Part shown: positions 61,206-64,000 of the stretch, one piece after another
Numbering within the stretch: the first letter of the stretch is position 1
Layout of the letters: each line of letters begins with the position of its first letter
Assembly: GCA_036918135.1 (NCBI GenBank)
Contig: JBALDB010000053.1
Coordinates: 160,001-224,000 of the forward strand
Direction: 5' to 3'
DNA: 64,000 nucleotides
Source: Nostoc sp.
GTDB lineage: Bacteria > Cyanobacteriota > Cyanobacteriia > Cyanobacteriales > Nostocaceae
The notes under the pieces: model-generated
Databases searched by the model: none
What the model was told of the DNA's origin: nothing
Seen by the model: only the letters and a program-made list of their open reading frames with translations
Translations under genes and position numbers: made by a program

Positions 61206-63467
61206 CTATGGCACAGTAATCACAGCTACTGGACAATGTGCTTTATTCAGAATTGCATCTACTCTGTGACCTAAGAAAACGCGACCTGTAATCATTCGGA
61301 TACTGCTCCCAAGAATAATTAAGTCAACTTGCTTGGTTTGGGCAAACTTGAGGATTTCCTTTTCTGGGCTGGTTCCTTGAAGAATATAGGTTTTGACATC
61401 GGCATCTAAATTGCGGCCAATTGCTGCTTGCTGCTCGAGTAAATCGTGAGCAATTTCCTTTACTGGAGCTAGCGATCGCTGCTCGGAAAGAATATACTCA
61501 ACCTGTGGTAAATTAATCACGTTCACAATCATCACTAGTGCCCCAGTCTGAGCTGCGATCGTACTTGCCACTTCTACGGCATTTTTGCTGTATTCTGTAC
61601 CCACTGTTGGCACAAGAATGTTTTTCAACTGTTGTTGGGCGATTTTACATGTCTCACCTTTGGTTTGGGGTAGGTGCGACTTCACCACCATCGTTGCACA
61701 AGGGGCTTCTTGTACTACCCGGTCTACAAGCAAATTGAACAATGCTTTTTGGGAGCGTATTTGTTCAGAGGCTCCTAGTACAATTAAGTCATAGCTTTTG
61801 TTTGCTTCATTCAGAATCACCTCTACTTTAGAGCGTCCAGACTCCGTTTTTGTTTGCAGGGTGGTATCAGTTGGTAGCTGCATTTCGTCAACAACAGAGA
61901 CAAGAGCTTGCTCAGCAGCGGTATCTTTAACCTGGGTTGCCGTCCGGCGTCCTTTGCTTTGAGGTTGCTTATCACTCAAGGCATATAGAGCTGTGACTTC
62001 TATCGAGTTTTGGTGAGCCATGTGACCAACTAGTTGCGCCGCCAGTTGGATGTTGGGACCACCACTGGTCGGAACTAAGATACGGTGAATCTGCTTGACA
62101 AAGCTACGGCTGGCCTGTTCTTCTTGTTCCAAACGTCGAGCTTCCTCTTCACCCATAACTACTTTCGACAGGGTGTAACGTAAAAAAGGTGGAGCCATCA
62201 GAGAAGTCACAATCGCCACCATGACTATAATTGAGTACATTTGGGGATTGAGAACTCCCAAAGATAAACCAATTGTGGCAACAACAATTTCCATCGCCCC
62301 ACGCGCATTCATCCCCGAACCCATCGCTAAGGCTTCCCAATGACTCAAGCCGCCGACGCGAGAACCAATATAAGCACCTGTAAATTTCCCAATACAAGCA
62401 ACAGCAAGCACAATCAAACCAAACACAAAAGTCTGGGGAACTAACAGAGTTAGCAAGTTTACTTTCAAGCCGGCTGCTGCAAAGAAAATTGGCGCTAAAA
62501 AGCTGGCTGTGAATATTTCTAGCATGTGTCCTGCCTCATTGCTAAAGCGGCGGGATTGACCTGCTAAAATCCCCAACACAAAAGCACCTAAGGCTGCTTC
62601 CAGACCTAATGCGTGGGTAAGGGCGGCTGCTGAAAGTGAAAGAATCAGTACAACCGACATACTAGCGGCTACGCCACCAACGTAGTCATCAACCCAGCGC
62701 AAAATCTGGTCTATAATAGTACGCCCGATTGTAAAGGCAATGCCGAGAAACAATACTGCTGCACTCACGGAATGGAAAATTGTCCCAAAGTCAAATTTGC
62801 CACTACTAGCTAAACCTGAAACCACAGAAAGTAAAATCCAGCCGATGGTGTCATCAGTCATGCCGGCTGCTAAGGTGACTTGACCAATGTCACGGCGAAT
62901 CAGGTTCAAGTCCATCAACACCTTAGCAATCACTGGTACTGCTGAAATACTCATCGCTGTAGCAATAAACAGACTGAATACCAGTCGCTTTTCTGGGTCG
63001 CTTAAAAAACTATCTGGCAATACCCAGCCTAGTCCAAATCCGGTGATAAACGGGACAATAATTCCACCGAGTGAAATCAACAGAGCCGTTTTACCTTTAC
63101 GCAGAATCAGTTTTAAATCCGTTTCCAACCCAGTCACAATTAGCAAAAATAACACCCCTAACCAAGAAATTACTGAAAGTAAATCCGACTGTTCTTGGCT
63201 TTTGGGAAAGATATTCGCCTGTAAGTCTGGAAAAACCAAACCAAATAAAGAAGGCCCAAGTAGCACACCTGCGAGTAATTCTCCAACAACAGGAGGTTGG
63301 TTAATCCGGCGCATGAACTCACCTAATCCCCGCGCTACCAAAAGCAACAGCGACAGTTGTACCAGCACCAACAACAGTTCGTGATGACCGAGAGGTTTAA
63401 TCAGACTAGCACCTGCTCCTTTCTGTGCAGCTAGTACGGGCAGTAACATTAGGGATAGGTTTTGCAT
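61206..63467 (-). CDS. CPA2 cation:proton antiporter with two USP domains
   Basis: QPPVVGELLAG, GLETD, DDT.GW, FLAPIFF and MNARG motifs; two USP domains (ILVPT..., LIVLG..., CPVAV). Confidence 0.92.
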   Translation of the reverse strand: MQNLSLMLLPVLAAQKGAGASLIKPLGHHELLLVLVQLSLLLLVARGLGEFMRRINQPPVVGELLAGVLLGPSLFGLVFPDLQANIFPKSQEQSDLLSVISWLGVLFLLIVTGLETDLKLILRKGKTALLISLGGIIVPFITGFGLGWVLPDSFLSDPEKRLVFSLFIATAMSISAVPVIAKVLMDLNLIRRDIGQVTLAAGMTDDTIGWILLSVVSGLASSGKFDFGTIFHSVSAAVLFLGIAFTIGRTIIDQILRWVDDYVGGVAASMSVVLILSLSAAALTHALGLEAALGAFVLGILAGQSRRFSNEAGHMLEIFTASFLAPIFFAAAGLKVNLLTLLVPQTFVFGLIVLAVACIGKFTGAYIGSRVGGLSHWEALAMGSGMNARGAMEIVVATIGLSLGVLNPQMYSIIVMVAIVTSLMAPPFLRYTLSKVVMGEEEARRLEQEEQASRSFVKQIHRILVPTSGGPNIQLAAQLVGHMAHQNSIEVTALYALSDKQPQSKGRRTATQVKDTAAEQALVSVVDEMQLPTDTTLQTKTESGRSKVEVILNEANKSYDLIVLGASEQIRSQKALFNLLVDRVVQEAPCATMVVKSHLPQTKGETCKIAQQQLKNILVPTVGTEYSKNAVEVASTIAAQTGALVMIVNVINLPQVEYILSEQRSLAPVKEIAHDLLEQQAAIGRNLDADVKTYILQGTSPEKEILKFAQTKQVDLIILGSSIRMITGRVFLGHRVDAILNKAHCPVAVITVP

Positions 63468-63638
63468 ATAAGCGTCTAGAAGTGGGATTACAAATTTTCA
63501 AAGGGCGTGCTTCAAGTAAATCTAAAAATGTTTACTTTCACATCGGTCTAGGGATTAAATTATCATTGTCATTACTAACAGCAAGATTATCATGGGCGAT
63601 CGCCTTCAACTCTAAGTTCACTAGTAAAGCAGATCGAC

Positions 63639-64000
63639 TTATTTTTGAGCGCGAACAAAGAACTTTGTAGTGTCTTCCCAAATACCTTGAGCGGTTGCTA
63701 GTTTTTCAATTTCTGCTTTGTACTCAACTTGCAACTGATTTAATTGTTCTTGTGATAATTTTGATAATAAAGGATTACCTTTAAAATTTATATTAATTAC
63801 TGTCTTAGATAATCTGTTATCCCTAAGAGGGCGATAACGTCCTGATGGTTCTATCTTAATTTTGATATCTCTAAAACCTGCTTGATTGAGCAAATTTCGA
63901 CATTTTTCTGGAGTTCCAAGTGGTTCAAGGATATATGGTAGCGATACGCCCAAAACTCTAGCACAGATTCTCTGCTGAAGAGATGCCGTATAAGCAGTTT
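63639..64000 (-). CDS. C-terminal part of a probable class I SAM-dependent methyltransferase (starts beyond the window)
   Basis: Frame open to the right edge. GTPEKCRNLL.QAGF..I.I and L..EQL.QL..EY...I..LAT.QGIW resemble cyanobacterial UbiE-like methyltransferase tails; the SAM motif is outside the window. Confidence 0.6.
   Translation of the reverse strand, partial: TAYTASLQQRICARVLGVSLPYILEPLGTPEKCRNLLNQAGFRDIKIKIEPSGRYRPLRDNRLSKTVININFKGNPLLSKLSQEQLNQLQVEYKAEIEKLATAQGIWEDTTKFFVRAQK

Noticed and set aside
1..64000. Abundant GCGATCGC octamers; search for tRNA and rRNA genes
   Set aside because: HIP1 over-representation is a known genome-wide cyanobacterial trait. No convincing tRNA cloverleaf or rRNA segment was seen by eye.

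Overview
Chromosomal segment of a filamentous cyanobacterium, most likely Nostoc/Anabaena-like. This rests on frequent HIP1 GCGATCGC octamers, STRR heptamer arrays, and the psbO-sigF and ftsQ-ftsZ-gshB-grxC-hflX gene orders. Most of the window is housekeeping: tldD/pmbA, pyrB, mgtE, exbBD, psb29, cpcT, hemF, mrp, rodA, ndhS, uxs/ugd, cinA, glyA, sigF, psbO, ftsQ/ftsZ, gshB, grxC, hflX, two cation:proton antiporters and a VapBC-type pair. I found no tRNA, rRNA, CRISPR array, integrase or transposase. The most interesting observations are: (1) a PilP-like lipoprotein directly behind sigF; (2) a 13-codon leader ORF whose 3' end can pair with the mgtE Shine-Dalgarno; (3) two Uma2 nuclease genes each broken by a TAG at an expected Trp in nearly the same 11-nt context; (4) hflX apparently needing a non-canonical ATA start; (5) a secreted YD-like/Ca-binding repeat gene bracketed by 26-bp direct repeats ending in HIP1; (6) a MauG/BthA-like diheme enzyme; (7) a high-GC SDR gene that looks horizontally acquired; (8) several fresh tandem duplications, one in frame inside rodA. 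All family assignments come from motif recognition by eye; no database search was run.
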